Source: an uncultured bacterium | GTDB lineage: Bacteria; Patescibacteriota; Minisyncoccia; Phycocordibacterales; GWA1-40-21 | NCBI GenBank assembly: GCA_963840885.1 | Contig: CAWJAN010000006.1 | Coordinates: 46,601-110,600, forward strand | Direction of reading: 5' to 3' | Length of the DNA: 64,000 bases | Part shown: positions 48,075-60,207 of the stretch, piece by piece | Layout of the letters: each line of letters opens with the position of its first letter | How positions within the stretch are numbered: position 1 is the stretch's first letter | Program-made: the position numbers and the translations under genes | Notes under the pieces: generated by a model | Seen by the model: the letters and a program-made list of their open reading frames with translations, nothing else | What the model was told of the DNA's origin: nothing | The model's database searches: none

Positions 48075-48647
48075 ATGAACTTGATACCTACGGTAATAGA
48101 AAAATCGCAATTTGGGGAAAGGGCCTATGATATTTATTCCAGGCTTCTTCGTGAAAACATAATATTTCTGGGCGGGCCTATAGACGATGAGACCGCAAAC
48201 ATTGTCATTGCCCAGCTTCTTTTCCTGCAATCTGAAGATTCGAAAAAAGATATAAAGCTATATATAAATTCTCCAGGCGGCTCGGTAACGGCAACTTTAG
48301 CTATTGTCGATACGATGAATCATATCAAAAACGACGTTTCCACTCTTTGTGTTGGAATTGCCGCATCCGGCGCAGCTATAATCCTTTCCGCCGGCAAAAA
48401 AGGCAAGAGACACATACTTGAGAATGCCGAAGTCATGATTCATCAGCCTATAGGAGGAGCCGAGGGGCAAGCGACCGACATAGCCATTTCTGCAAAGCAT
48501 ATTTTAAAAACCAGGGAAAATCTAAATAAGATGCTGTCAAAAAATACCGGCCAGCCTCTAGCTAAAATCGAGAAGGACGTGGAGCGCGATTTCTTCATGA
48601 CAGCCGAAGAAGCCAAGAAATACGGCATTGTTGATGCGATAATATAA
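48075..48647 (+). CDS. clpP: ATP-dependent Clp protease proteolytic subunit
   Basis: [22 protein letters not shown] and MIHQP motifs. Confidence 0.97.
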   Translation: MNLIPTVIEKSQFGERAYDIYSRLLRENIIFLGGPIDDETANIVIAQLLFLQSEDSKKDIKLYINSPGGSVTATLAIVDTMNHIKNDVSTLCVGIAASGAAIILSAGKKGKRHILENAEVMIHQPIGGAEGQATDIAISAKHILKTRENLNKMLSKNTGQPLAKIEKDVERDFFMTAEEAKKYGIVDAII

Positions 48648-48660
48648 GCTATTATCCATA

Positions 48661-48697
48661 AAAAGCCCGGTTTTACTTCGCAAAACCGGGCTTTTTT
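48661..48697 (+). terminator. clpP terminator
   Basis: AAAAGCCCGGTTTT...AAAACCGGGCTTTTTT. Confidence 0.75.
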
Positions 48698-48764
48698 ATT
48701 GTTTTTCTCTTCTAGACATTTGGCCCGAATGGGGTTAATATCTAATTGTTAGCAATTTAATTTT

Positions 48765-48902
48765 GAAAGATTCCGTTTTTTAGTAAAAATCCAAAGCAAA
48801 GTATGTTTTTTAGAAAAAATACAAATTACCTAAGAAAAACCAGTTCTACTGCGGGAAAAACACATAAGCTCGATAAAAAAGTCTAGAAGGCGAAATCTTT
48901 TC
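48765..48902 (+). ncRNA. ssrS: Putative 6S RNA
   Basis: Closing stem AAAGATT/AATCTTT plus CGTTTTTTAG/CTAGAAGGCG, A-rich central bubble, inner stem TATGT-TTTTT/AAAAA-C-ACATA; directly upstream of rny. Confidence 0.55.
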
Positions 48903-48909
48903 GCATAAA

Positions 48910-50439
48910 ATGTCGTTAAAAATAATAGCACTGATTGCAGCTGCCGTTGGCATCTTGGGCATTGCAATCGGATATTATCTTCGTCTGATAATTTCCCTCG
49001 GAAAAAAAGGTTCGATGGAACTTGAAATCAGGAGAATGATGATTGAGGCCGAAGAAAAGGCCAAGAAGACGGTTATTGAAGCGGAAACCAAATCCGTAGA
49101 AATAATCAAAGAAGCCAAAGAGGAAGCCAGGCAAAAAGAAGAAAAATTAAAATTCACTGAAGACCGGCTTATCAAAAAAGAAGGCTTGCTTGACCAAAGA
49201 CAAGTCGATATCGACGATGAAGTTGAAAATATCAAGCAAAAAATCTCCGAGATAAAGGAAATCAGGGAAAAAACCGAGAAAATAGAAGCCGACAAGAACG
49301 TCGAGTTGATGAATATTGCCAAAATGAGCGAAGAGGAAGCAAAGAATTCACTTCTTTCTTCCATAGAAAAGAAATATGGGGAAGACCTTATGGGCAGGAT
49401 GAAAAAACTCGAGGAAAGCGGGGAGGAAAAGCTTAAAAACGTAGCAAGGGAAATACTTATCACTTCAATTCAGAGAATGTCCGCCTCTGTTGCTCCGGAC
49501 GTAATGACAACCATACTTTCTTTGCCTTCGGATGATCTTAAAGGAAAGATCATCGGTAAGGAAGGAAAAAACATCAAAGCATTCGAAAGAGCGACGGGTG
49601 TGGAGGTCATCGTAGATGATACCCCGGGAATAATAACCATATCTTCATTCGATCCGATCAGAAGGCAGATTGCCAGGGTCGCTCTTGAAAATCTTCTTAT
49701 AGACGGAAGAATCCAGCCTGCAAAGATAGAAAAGACCGTGGAAAAAGCCCAGCAGGAAATAAACAAGATTATCAAAGAAAAAGGAGAGCAGGCCGCTTAT
49801 GAATGCGGAGTGTTCAATATGGATCCTAGAGTAATAGCGATTCTTGGAAGGCTTCATTTCAGGACAAGTTACGGACAGAATGTTTTGCAGCATTCCATAG
49901 AAATGGCCCATATTTCAAGAATGATTGCCGAGGAAACCGGGGCAAACGTTCCAGTAGCGGTTGCCGGTTCTTTGGTTCACGACATAGGAAAAGCCCTTAC
50001 GCATGAAGTCGCCGGAACTCACGTGGAAATCGGAAGAAGAATACTTCAGAAATTCGGCGTATCAGAAGACATCATCAAAGCCATGCAATCGCATCATGAG
50101 GAATATCCTTATGAAACTCTTGAATCCATCATTGTAAAAGTTGCCGACAATATCTCCGGTGGAAGGCCGGGGGCAAGATCCGACAGCGTTGAAAATTACA
50201 TAAAGAGGCTTGGAGACTTGGAGGCTTTGGCAAACTCCTTTGCCGGAGTCGAAAAATCCTATGCACTTGAAGCTGGAAGAGAAATAAGGGTATTCGTATC
50301 GCCTGAAAAAATATCCGACATAGAATCCCTTAAACTCGCCCGGGATATAGCGGAAAAAGTTGAATCGGAGCTTAAATATCCAGGTGAAATAAGAATCATG
50401 GTCATAAGAGAGAGCAGAATCATAGAATATGCAAGATAA
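48910..50439 (+). CDS. rny: Ribonuclease Y
   Basis: N-terminal TM, coiled coil, KH domain (KGKIIGKEGKNI), HD domain (LVHDIGK), RPGAR. Confidence 0.96.
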   Translation: MSLKIIALIAAAVGILGIAIGYYLRLIISLGKKGSMELEIRRMMIEAEEKAKKTVIEAETKSVEIIKEAKEEARQKEEKLKFTEDRLIKKEGLLDQRQVDIDDEVENIKQKISEIKEIREKTEKIEADKNVELMNIAKMSEEEAKNSLLSSIEKKYGEDLMGRMKKLEESGEEKLKNVAREILITSIQRMSASVAPDVMTTILSLPSDDLKGKIIGKEGKNIKAFERATGVEVIVDDTPGIITISSFDPIRRQIARVALENLLIDGRIQPAKIEKTVEKAQQEINKIIKEKGEQAAYECGVFNMDPRVIAILGRLHFRTSYGQNVLQHSIEMAHISRMIAEETGANVPVAVAGSLVHDIGKALTHEVAGTHVEIGRRILQKFGVSEDIIKAMQSHHEEYPYETLESIIVKVADNISGGRPGARSDSVENYIKRLGDLEALANSFAGVEKSYALEAGREIRVFVSPEKISDIESLKLARDIAEKVESELKYPGEIRIMVIRESRIIEYAR

Positions 50440-50450
50440 AAAATAAAATT

Positions 50451-50485
50451 CGAAAGGCCGATTTGCGAAGCAAATCGGCCTTTCG
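50451..50485 (+). terminator. rny terminator
   Basis: CGAAAGGCCGATTTGC-GAA-GCAAATCGGCCTTTCG followed by TTT. Confidence 0.7.
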
Positions 50486-50532
50486 TTTAATTAAAAACCC
50501 CGTTATTTTTCTATAACGAGGTTTAGTTTTAT

Positions 50533-50853
50533 TCAACCTTTCTTTTTTTTCTGTTTCTCAATGTCTTCAATAGCTTTATCCATATGATACTGGGTCTTCA
50601 AATTATCCACGAGCCCGTAGCCAAGAATCTTTTTGGCTAACTTTTGGACAGCGGGCGCAGCCAAAAATTTCTGCCATCTTTTAGATTTGGACTGAAAGTC
50701 TAAACCGATAGAACGATCAGTGGAATATTTAATATAAATGGCCAGATCCAGAGGATATTTTAACTTTTTTAAAGACTTCTCCCAAAATTGAAGTTGTCTC
50801 TCGTCAACCATAAACTTGACCGGAACTAAAACTACCTTCTTTTGCTTTGCCAT
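50533..50853 (-). CDS. Basic hypothetical protein
   Basis: 106-aa ORF with GGTGGT upstream. Confidence 0.55.
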   Translation of the reverse strand: MAKQKKVVLVPVKFMVDERQLQFWEKSLKKLKYPLDLAIYIKYSTDRSIGLDFQSKSKRWQKFLAAPAVQKLAKKILGYGLVDNLKTQYHMDKAIEDIEKQKKKKG

Positions 50854-51152
50854 TTAAACCACCAACCTTTCTTTTTACTTTATAAAATATGAAGAACCGC
50901 TTGTTTAGAATAGTCGCATTATCAAATATCAAAGTCAACTTTTTTACTGATAACAAAAATATCCTTATTTTAAGCCATTTTTTAAGGACAAAAATACCCT
51001 TATTCTTCAACATATTTTAACTTCATAGCTTTTAACTATAAACTTGTTCACCTCTATTGTGCTAAAAAACCTTTATATTATAATGATATTAAGGGTTATT
51101 TATAGAAATCTTGGTCGAGTTTAAAAGTTATTTTAACCATAATTGATAAACC

Positions 51153-51425
51153 ATGAACAAACAAGGTATTGTCGAAGCCGTACACAAAGTTCTCGGAGGA
51201 ACAAAAGTGCAGGCTGAACAAGTAGTTGATGCTGTCCTTGAATCAATAGTATCTTCTTTGAAGAAAGGAGACGAGGTTTCAATCGCAGGACTTGGAATCT
51301 TCTCAGTAAAAACAAGAGCTGCAAGACAGGCAAGAAACCCAAGAACCGGAGAAACGGTACAGGTCAAAGCAATGAAAGTTCCAAAATTCAGAGCAGCAAA
51401 AGCTTTGAAGGACGCAGTCAAATAA
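51153..51425 (+). CDS. hup: DNA-binding protein HU
   Basis: GLGIF...ARNPRTGE...VPKFRAAKALKDAVK. Confidence 0.96.
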   Translation: MNKQGIVEAVHKVLGGTKVQAEQVVDAVLESIVSSLKKGDEVSIAGLGIFSVKTRAARQARNPRTGETVQVKAMKVPKFRAAKALKDAVK

Positions 51426-51440
51426 TTTCTTTAGCTAAGG

Positions 51441-51477
51441 AAAATCAAAAAACCGCCAGTGGCGGTTTTTTGATTTT
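51441..51477 (+). terminator. hup terminator
   Basis: AAAATCAAAAAACCGCCA-G-TGGCGGTTTTTTGATTTT. Confidence 0.75.
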
Positions 51478-51484
51478 AAGCACT

Positions 51485-51544
51485 TCCCTGCCCGCACATT
51501 TTAAAAACCCCTAAAAAGGGGTTTTTAAAATGTGCGGGCAGGGA
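51485..51544. repeat. 27-bp perfect inverted repeat that includes the tRNA-Gly 3' end
   Basis: TCCCTGCCCGCACATTTTAAAAACCCC / GGGGTTTTTAAAATGTGCGGGCAGGGA. Confidence 0.9.
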
Positions 51545-51603
51545 GAATCGGACTCCCATCTAATCCTTGGCAAGGACTCATTCTACCACTAAACTATGCC
51601 CGC
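51533..51603 (-). tRNA. tRNA-Gly(GCC)
   Basis: GCGGGCA/TGCCCGC acceptor stem, A73, anticodon loop TT-GCC-AA, T-loop TCCGATT. Confidence 0.92.
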
Positions 51604-51622
51604 ATTTGTAAAAAATATCCTA

Positions 51623-51931
51623 TCAGATATTCTGTTTTTTTGCTATATCCAAAGCCGCAGAAAAATTATCTTCATTGCCGAAAGTGTTTCTTTTTTCGCT
51701 TCCGCATTTCTCGCATTTATGCACAAGGATAAATTTTCCCTTTTCAAAGACAAGTTTGTCCGGGCACATCATTCCGCCGCATTTTTCCTCCCTGTCACCG
51801 GGATTTATATCAACATGCTTCGACCAAAGGCATTTCGGGCAATGATTGGTATAGCCGTTACCTTTGACTTCCTCGCCGCATTTTTCACAAATGAAATCTT
51901 CTGTTCTTTTTTGGAATTTTTTCGTTTTCAT
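51623..51931 (-). CDS. RNHCP-domain protein
   Basis: FICEKCG...YTNHCPKCLWSKHVD..PGDR...CGG.M. Confidence 0.88.
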   Translation of the reverse strand: MKTKKFQKRTEDFICEKCGEEVKGNGYTNHCPKCLWSKHVDINPGDREEKCGGMMCPDKLVFEKGKFILVHKCEKCGSEKRNTFGNEDNFSAALDIAKKQNI

Positions 51932-52612
51932 TTAAATTATCTTGATGATTTTGGCCATATCTTCCGACCTGTGTATATTTATTTCGTCTCCGTCACTGAG
52001 CCTTATATCTTCATCACTATTGTCGGAATAGGCAAAAGCTATTCCTCGTATTATTTTTACAAGTATTTTAGAATCTTCCTTTATAACCATGTGGTCAGAC
52101 TGTTCCGTGCTGTTATTGAAGGCTACTCCCATGCCGACTTCGAAGAAGCTGTCTGTTATAGACCTGTAATATCCAGTGGAGCCATAAGGCGTGGAAACGA
52201 CGACCCCATCGCCTATTATTTCCTTTCCTATCTGCTTGCCGTTTAGATAAATCTCATATCTTATGGCTCTTCTAGGATCTGAATTATGCACTATTATTTC
52301 ATTCATGCCCTCTATTTTCTTTCCGTTTGAAAACGCTTCTATCTTTATTTCTTCATTAACGCTGTATCTGCCTCTTGATATGTTCTTCAATATTTCTTCC
52401 GGGCTCATATCATGGCCCTTCTTTGATGTAACGCTTTTGTGAAGTATGAATTTAGGAATTCCCGGAAAATCTTTCTCGGCCCTCATAAAAGTTCCGTCGC
52501 CTCCGCACGATGCGATCATTTCCGGATCGTCCTTGACTATTTCAAAGCCTTCCTTTTTGGCAAGTTCTTCCATTTCCTCCCTGTCTTTATTTCCATAAAT
52601 TAAAAGCCTCAT
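51932..52612 (-). CDS. NAD kinase-like protein
   Basis: GGDGT, NE and GDGVVVSTPYGSTGY motifs. Confidence 0.85.
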   Translation of the reverse strand: MRLLIYGNKDREEMEELAKKEGFEIVKDDPEMIASCGGDGTFMRAEKDFPGIPKFILHKSVTSKKGHDMSPEEILKNISRGRYSVNEEIKIEAFSNGKKIEGMNEIIVHNSDPRRAIRYEIYLNGKQIGKEIIGDGVVVSTPYGSTGYYRSITDSFFEVGMGVAFNNSTEQSDHMVIKEDSKILVKIIRGIAFAYSDNSDEDIRLSDGDEINIHRSEDMAKIIKII

Positions 52613-52628
52613 CTTATTTCAAAATATA

Positions 52629-55167
<2,539 letters not shown>

Positions 55168-55168
55168 T

Positions 55169-56635
55169 TCAGCTGTTTATTACGAATTCCCCTTTAAAAT
55201 CTTCTACCATTTTCTTTACTTCCCCCTTTACCTCGTCGGTAAAACCGTCTTTTCTTATTTTTTCAATCATGCCGTCATACCTGTGGTTTACGAGTTCCAG
55301 AAGAAATTTTTCGAACGACACCCATTTGTCTTTGTCTATGTCGTCAAAAAGCCCTTGGCTTACCGAATAAAATAATATGGATTGCTCCGGCCATTCCACA
55401 TTCGTATGCTTGTCCTGCTTGAGAAGTTCAACCGTCAGGTCTCCGCGGTTTAATTTATTTTTGGTTTCTTCGCTCATAGTTGTTTCGAGCTGCAGAAGTT
55501 TCTGCAGCTCTTTATGCTGAGAAAGGGTTAGCCTGAGGCTGCCTACTACCTGCTCCAGGGCTTTTGGCTGAGCTTGAGATCCTACGCGCGAGACTGAAAG
55601 TCCTACATTTATCGCAGGCAAAAATCCTTTTTGGAAAAGACCGTTTTCCAGGTAAATCTGCCCGTCCGTTATTGAAATGAGATTTGTAGGTATGAAAGAA
55701 GCTATATCTCCTTCCTGGGTTTCCGCTATCGGAAGCGCAGTGAGCGATCCCCCGCCTTTTTCCTTGGAAATCTTTGCTGCTCTTTCCAAAAGCTTGGCAT
55801 GCAGGAAAAATATATCCCCCGGATAAGCTTCACGGCCGGGAGCCCGCTCAAGCAAAAGAGAAATATCCCTGTAGGCCTTTGCATGTTTGGTAAGATCGTC
55901 ATAAATTACAAGGGCATCTTTTCCTTCGTCCCTGAAATATTCTCCCACCGCACACCCTACAAACGGAGCAAGATATTGTTCGGCAAAAGATGAACCGGCC
56001 GGAGCGGCAACTATGGTCGTATATAAAAATGCATTTTCTTTTTCGAAAATCGCTATGAGTTCTTCGAGTGTCTGCTGTTTTTGTCCGCAGATAACATATA
56101 TGCAATTCACCGGCTTATCGGCATTTTTCTGGTTCAAAACCGTATCTATGGTAATGGTGCTTTTTCCTAGCTTTCTGTCGCCTATCACGAGTTCGCGCTG
56201 GCCTCTTCCAAGAGGAAGGTTTGAATCGATAATTTTTATACCGGTTGAAAGCGGTTCAACAACCGGCTCTCTTGCTATTATTGGCGGCGCTTCACGGAAC
56301 ACATTCATGATTTTGCCTTGGGTTCTTCCTAGTCCGTCCCAGGCTTCCCCTACTCCGTTTAAAACCCTGCCCACAAGATTATCTGAAACATTTATCGAAA
56401 ATGATTTTAATGTCCTGTATACAGGCTTGGATAAATCGAATTTTTCATCAAAAAATAAGGCTTCGATAAATTTTTCGTCAAAACCTATGACTATTGCCGA
56501 CTGAACTCCTTTTTCGTCCGCAAGAACTTCATTAAGGAACACACTGGTAAGGCCTTGGATCTTTGCAACCCCGGAAAAAAAAGAAACTATGGTGCCTGAT
56601 TCTGAATTATTTTTATTTTTTGTTGTTTTCGCCAT
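55169..56635 (-). CDS. atpA: ATP synthase alpha subunit (short N-terminus)
   Basis: GRGQREL, PGREAYPGDIF, PTNLISITDGQI and SVSRVG motifs. Confidence 0.95.
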   Translation of the reverse strand: MAKTTKNKNNSESGTIVSFFSGVAKIQGLTSVFLNEVLADEKGVQSAIVIGFDEKFIEALFFDEKFDLSKPVYRTLKSFSINVSDNLVGRVLNGVGEAWDGLGRTQGKIMNVFREAPPIIAREPVVEPLSTGIKIIDSNLPLGRGQRELVIGDRKLGKSTITIDTVLNQKNADKPVNCIYVICGQKQQTLEELIAIFEKENAFLYTTIVAAPAGSSFAEQYLAPFVGCAVGEYFRDEGKDALVIYDDLTKHAKAYRDISLLLERAPGREAYPGDIFFLHAKLLERAAKISKEKGGGSLTALPIAETQEGDIASFIPTNLISITDGQIYLENGLFQKGFLPAINVGLSVSRVGSQAQPKALEQVVGSLRLTLSQHKELQKLLQLETTMSEETKNKLNRGDLTVELLKQDKHTNVEWPEQSILFYSVSQGLFDDIDKDKWVSFEKFLLELVNHRYDGMIEKIRKDGFTDEVKGEVKKMVEDFKGEFVINS

Positions 56636-56996
56636 TTTCAACTTCAGTTAAGCGATCTTTAATCTGCTTGATAACAGCTTCTTTTTCTTTTTCCGCCTCA
56701 GATCTTGACTGGCTTTTTATTTTTTCCGCTATGCTTTCCGCTTCTTCTATGATGTCTTTGGCTTTTTTGCCGGCGCTATTGCGTCCTTCTGTTTGTTCCG
56801 TATTGAAGATTTTCTTCTCTTTTTCCAGCTCATCTTTCAGAGTCTCTGCCTGTTTCAGTTCGGTTTCGTCCTTTTCCACCCTGTCTACTATGGGCTTGTA
56901 TAAGAATTTGCTGAGCAACCATAAAAGCAATGCGAAATTTACGATTTGCGCCATAAGAAGTTTTACATCGATGCCGAGATTGCCTAGAAAATTCAT
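56613..56996 (-). CDS. atpF: ATP synthase b subunit
   Basis: AQIVNFALLLWLLSKFLYKPI followed by a coiled coil. Confidence 0.9.
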   Translation of the reverse strand: MNFLGNLGIDVKLLMAQIVNFALLLWLLSKFLYKPIVDRVEKDETELKQAETLKDELEKEKKIFNTEQTEGRNSAGKKAKDIIEEAESIAEKIKSQSRSEAEKEKEAVIKQIKDRLTEVENGENNKK

Positions 56997-57012
56997 ATTT
57001 ATATGTTATTTA

Positions 57013-57228
57013 TTACGCGACAAACTTAAGAATAAGTGCCACGACAAGGGCATAAATCGCTATAGCTTCAGCAAAAGCTATAGCTATAATCATAGCAATC
57101 TGGATTTTTTCTGAATTTTCCGGATTGCGCGCCATTCCTATGAGAGCTGCTGCTCCTATCATTCCTATGGCAAGAGCCGGACCGATTGTTCCGATTGCCA
57201 TTGTAAACGCTGATGGGTTCTGAATCAT
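57013..57228 (-). CDS. atpE: ATP synthase c subunit
   Basis: ARNPE loop; FAEAIAIY with the essential Glu. Confidence 0.95.
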   Translation of the reverse strand: MIQNPSAFTMAIGTIGPALAIGMIGAAALIGMARNPENSEKIQIAMIIAIAFAEAIAIYALVVALILKFVA

Positions 57229-57243
57229 ATTTTATTTGATAAA

Positions 57244-58005
57244 TTAATTTTCTGATAAATTATGCGCACCGGACTCAAGGTGGCGCATCGTACCTGTTTT
57301 TATAAATGTTAACGTAAGTACGGCAAATATAAAAGCCTGAATCACTCCGACAAATATCTCCAGTATCATGAAAGGAACCGGTATTATATATGGGACAAGG
57401 AATGCTACGACAAGCAAAAGGACTTCTCCGGCAAACATATTGCCGAATAACCTGAATGAAAAGGACAGGACTTTTACCGCTTCTGAAATCATGTCGAAAA
57501 ACCCAAGTATGAATTTTACGGGGCCGCTGAAATCAAGAAATCTTTTTATATATCCTCTTATTCCCAGAATCTTGAGTGAAAAAAACTGTATGGACAATAC
57601 GGAAACCACTGTCAGAGCCAATGTTGTCGTAAGATCGCTATTAGGAGATCTCAGAAGCGCTATGTTCCCGCCTGGAGTTGAAACGAAAAAAGAGCCGAGA
57701 AATCCTGGTAAAAGCGCTAGAAGATTTGCTGTAACTATGAAAAGGAAGAATGTGGCCATGATTGGCAGGATTTTCTTTGATAATTCCCTGTCCCCTGTAA
57801 CACCGTCAGTAAGTCTTAGTAATTCAAATATCAGGATTCTTAATGCATTTATAACTATATTGTTGCTCTTATCCCTGTGTATATAAAAAACTATCGCAAA
57901 GATTCCCAGTATTATTGTTACAAAAATTGATGTCAAAAATGTATTGGTTACCATGACGCCAAAAACCGACAAAATATATTCCGATTTTAAACCTACATTA
58001 ATCAT
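57244..58005 (-). CDS. atpB: ATP synthase a subunit
   Basis: SFSFRLFGNMFAGE and IQAFIF motifs. Confidence 0.95.
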   Translation of the reverse strand: MINVGLKSEYILSVFGVMVTNTFLTSIFVTIILGIFAIVFYIHRDKSNNIVINALRILIFELLRLTDGVTGDRELSKKILPIMATFFLFIVTANLLALLPGFLGSFFVSTPGGNIALLRSPNSDLTTTLALTVVSVLSIQFFSLKILGIRGYIKRFLDFSGPVKFILGFFDMISEAVKVLSFSFRLFGNMFAGEVLLLVVAFLVPYIIPVPFMILEIFVGVIQAFIFAVLTLTFIKTGTMRHLESGAHNLSEN

Positions 58006-58267
58006 TATTTTTTTCTTTTAGCAAAATCATAAGCTGATGGTAGACCTCGTAAATCGTGACTGAAATCCCTGTTATAGCTCCGGAAATTATAAACAAAGGG
58101 GAAGTCCTGAAGAAATTATCTAGGAGATAGCCGAAAAAAAGGAAGAGGCATAAAGGAATCGCGATAAGGAAGCCCAATTGCCAGGCGAATGACAATAAAT
58201 AAAAAGTTTTGAAATTATTTTTCTCTTTCATAAACGAAAAATGAATCGGCAACTGTTTGCATCCCAT
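57998..58267 (-). CDS. AtpZ/AtpI-family protein
   Basis: QLGFLIAIP...GYLLDNFFRTSP; first gene of the atp operon. Confidence 0.8.
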   Translation of the reverse strand: MGCKQLPIHFSFMKEKNNFKTFYLLSFAWQLGFLIAIPLCLFLFFGYLLDNFFRTSPLFIISGAITGISVTIYEVYHQLMILLKEKNND

Positions 58268-58378
58268 TTATCATTATACTCGCCTAGCGGACATTGGCAA
58301 AATTTTAAAGCAAAATATTCATTAAAATTCAAAAAATCTCGCATAATTGGCGATTTATAAGTATATATTTACTAATTG

Positions 58379-58449
58379 TCGGAGTGCCGGGATTTGAACC
58401 CGGATCGCATGCTCCCAAAGCATGAATGCTACCGTTACACTACACTCCG
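58379..58449 (-). tRNA. tRNA-Pro(TGG)
   Basis: CGGAGTG/CACTCCG acceptor stem, CATGC-TT-TGG-GA-GCATG anticodon arm. Confidence 0.92.
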
Positions 58450-58512
58450 ATATCCGAAAAATACTAACACAAAAGGATTGATTAGGCGAGAAAAAACGTT
58501 AAAAAACCTTAA

Positions 58513-60042
58513 TTATTCGACTCTATGCGACTTTCTTATTTCTTTTACTTCTCCCTCATTTTCTTCCTCCTTTTTCTTTTTGCCTTCCTCGCCAAGAGCT
58601 TCCAGTTCTTTTTCCGGCAATTTAAACAATTCAAGCGATCTTTTTTCCAAATATTCGTCTGTGTTCAATTTCGGATCTTCAAGGACATCTTCCAAAAGAG
58701 CGTGCAAAACATATCCGAGCCTTGGGCCGGGATTTTCCCCGGAAATTTTAATGAGTTTCTTGCCGTCCATTTTAAGCATTCCTACGGATATAGGGTCGCG
58801 TAGAGCTTCTTCTATCATTGCGTGATATTTCCTGAGTCTGTAAGGATCGGCTTTAGGCCTTCCCATTCCCTTTCTGTCCGAAACGCGCAGATTCATCAGA
58901 TCCCATATGTTTTCTTTCCCTATTTTGGCTATGACTCTTCTTACGGCGGACAGAGTGATGGTTGAGGTATCGGAGAAAAACATATGCATTCTAACGAGTT
59001 TTTTGACCTTTTCAATAGTTTTTTGCGGATATCTAAGATCCTGAAGTATTTTTTCCGCCATTCTTGCTCCGACCACTTCGTGTCCATAAAAAGTCCATTC
59101 TTTTTGGCCTTCTTCTCCCTTCCTTCTGGCCTTAGGTTTTCCTATATCGTGAAAAAGCGAGGCCAATCTCAAATCCAAATCCCAATTTTCATCTGCTGAA
59201 TGCTGTACCGCGCGCAAAGTATGTTCCCAGACATCGTAAACATGCGCTCCTCCCTGGGCGACTCCGACCATCTTTTCCAATTCCGGAGAAATATAATTTA
59301 ATATTCCGAATTTTCTGCAGAGTTCAAGCCCGCGCATAGGGTGCGTAGACATTATTATTTTCGTAAACTCATCACGGATCCTTTCTTTGGAAATTTTTTC
59401 CAAAAGTTTTGATTCTTTTTTAATGGCTTCTTCCGTTTCCTTGTCTATTTTGAATCCTTCGTAATTGGCAAATCTTATGGCTCTCAAAATTCTGAGCCCG
59501 TCTTCACTGAATCTTTCTTCCGGATTACCAACTGTCTTTAATACCTTATTCTTCAAATCTTCTTGTCCTTTATATGGATCAACTATTTGTCCGTTATAAA
59601 AATCTTCTTTATTTACCTTGTCTTTTATATCAAGAGCAATAGCATTTATCGTAAAATCTCTTCTTTTCAAATCATCGTCCAGTTTTTTGCTGAAAATAAC
59701 CTTATCCGGCCTTCTTTGGTCGGAATATTCCGATTCAAGCCTGTATGGAGTAACTTCAATAACCTTAACCGTTTCATCTGCCTGCCCGGCCAGGGAAACG
59801 GAATCGTTCACCACGCCGACAGTTCCGTAAACATTTTCATAAAACGTTTCAGGAAATATCTTTATTATTTCTTCAGGTATGGCATTTGTAGTAAAATCCC
59901 AGTCTTTTGGCTTTATGCCGAGCAAAAGATCCCTGACGCATCCACCTATAAGATAGGCTTCAAATCCGGCGTTTTTCAGCTTATTTGAGGTGTCCCAGAC
60001 CTCTTTGGGTATGGGTCCGTACTCTTCTAGAGTTTTGTTCAT
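58513..60042 (-). CDS. cca: CCA-adding tRNA nucleotidyltransferase with HD domain
   Basis: GGCVRD..DWD, RRDFTINA, EDGLRILRAIRF and FHDIGKP motifs. Confidence 0.85.
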   Translation of the reverse strand: MNKTLEEYGPIPKEVWDTSNKLKNAGFEAYLIGGCVRDLLLGIKPKDWDFTTNAIPEEIIKIFPETFYENVYGTVGVVNDSVSLAGQADETVKVIEVTPYRLESEYSDQRRPDKVIFSKKLDDDLKRRDFTINAIALDIKDKVNKEDFYNGQIVDPYKGQEDLKNKVLKTVGNPEERFSEDGLRILRAIRFANYEGFKIDKETEEAIKKESKLLEKISKERIRDEFTKIIMSTHPMRGLELCRKFGILNYISPELEKMVGVAQGGAHVYDVWEHTLRAVQHSADENWDLDLRLASLFHDIGKPKARRKGEEGQKEWTFYGHEVVGARMAEKILQDLRYPQKTIEKVKKLVRMHMFFSDTSTITLSAVRRVIAKIGKENIWDLMNLRVSDRKGMGRPKADPYRLRKYHAMIEEALRDPISVGMLKMDGKKLIKISGENPGPRLGYVLHALLEDVLEDPKLNTDEYLEKRSLELFKLPEKELEALGEEGKKKKEEENEGEVKEIRKSHRVE

Positions 60043-60062
60043 TTACTTATTGTTTTTATTTG

Positions 60063-60133
60063 TGCGGGCAGGGTGAATCGGACACCCGACCGAAGTTTGG
60101 AAAACTTCTGTTTTACCACTAAACTATGCCCGC
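60063..60133 (-). tRNA. tRNA-Gly(TCC)
   Basis: GCGGGCA/TGCCCGC acceptor stem, A73, GAAGT-TT-TCC-AA-ACTTC, T-loop TCCGATT. Confidence 0.92.
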
Positions 60134-60171
60134 AAAACTGGGAACATTATACATAAAATACGGATTTTTTC

Positions 60172-60207
60172 AAAATAAAAAATGGCCACGCTCTAGATTG
60201 CGTGGCC
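60172..60207 (-). terminator. Intrinsic terminator ending the candidate large ncRNA
   Basis: On the minus strand: GGCCACGC-AATCTAGA-GCGTGGCC-ATTTTTTATTTT. Confidence 0.7.
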
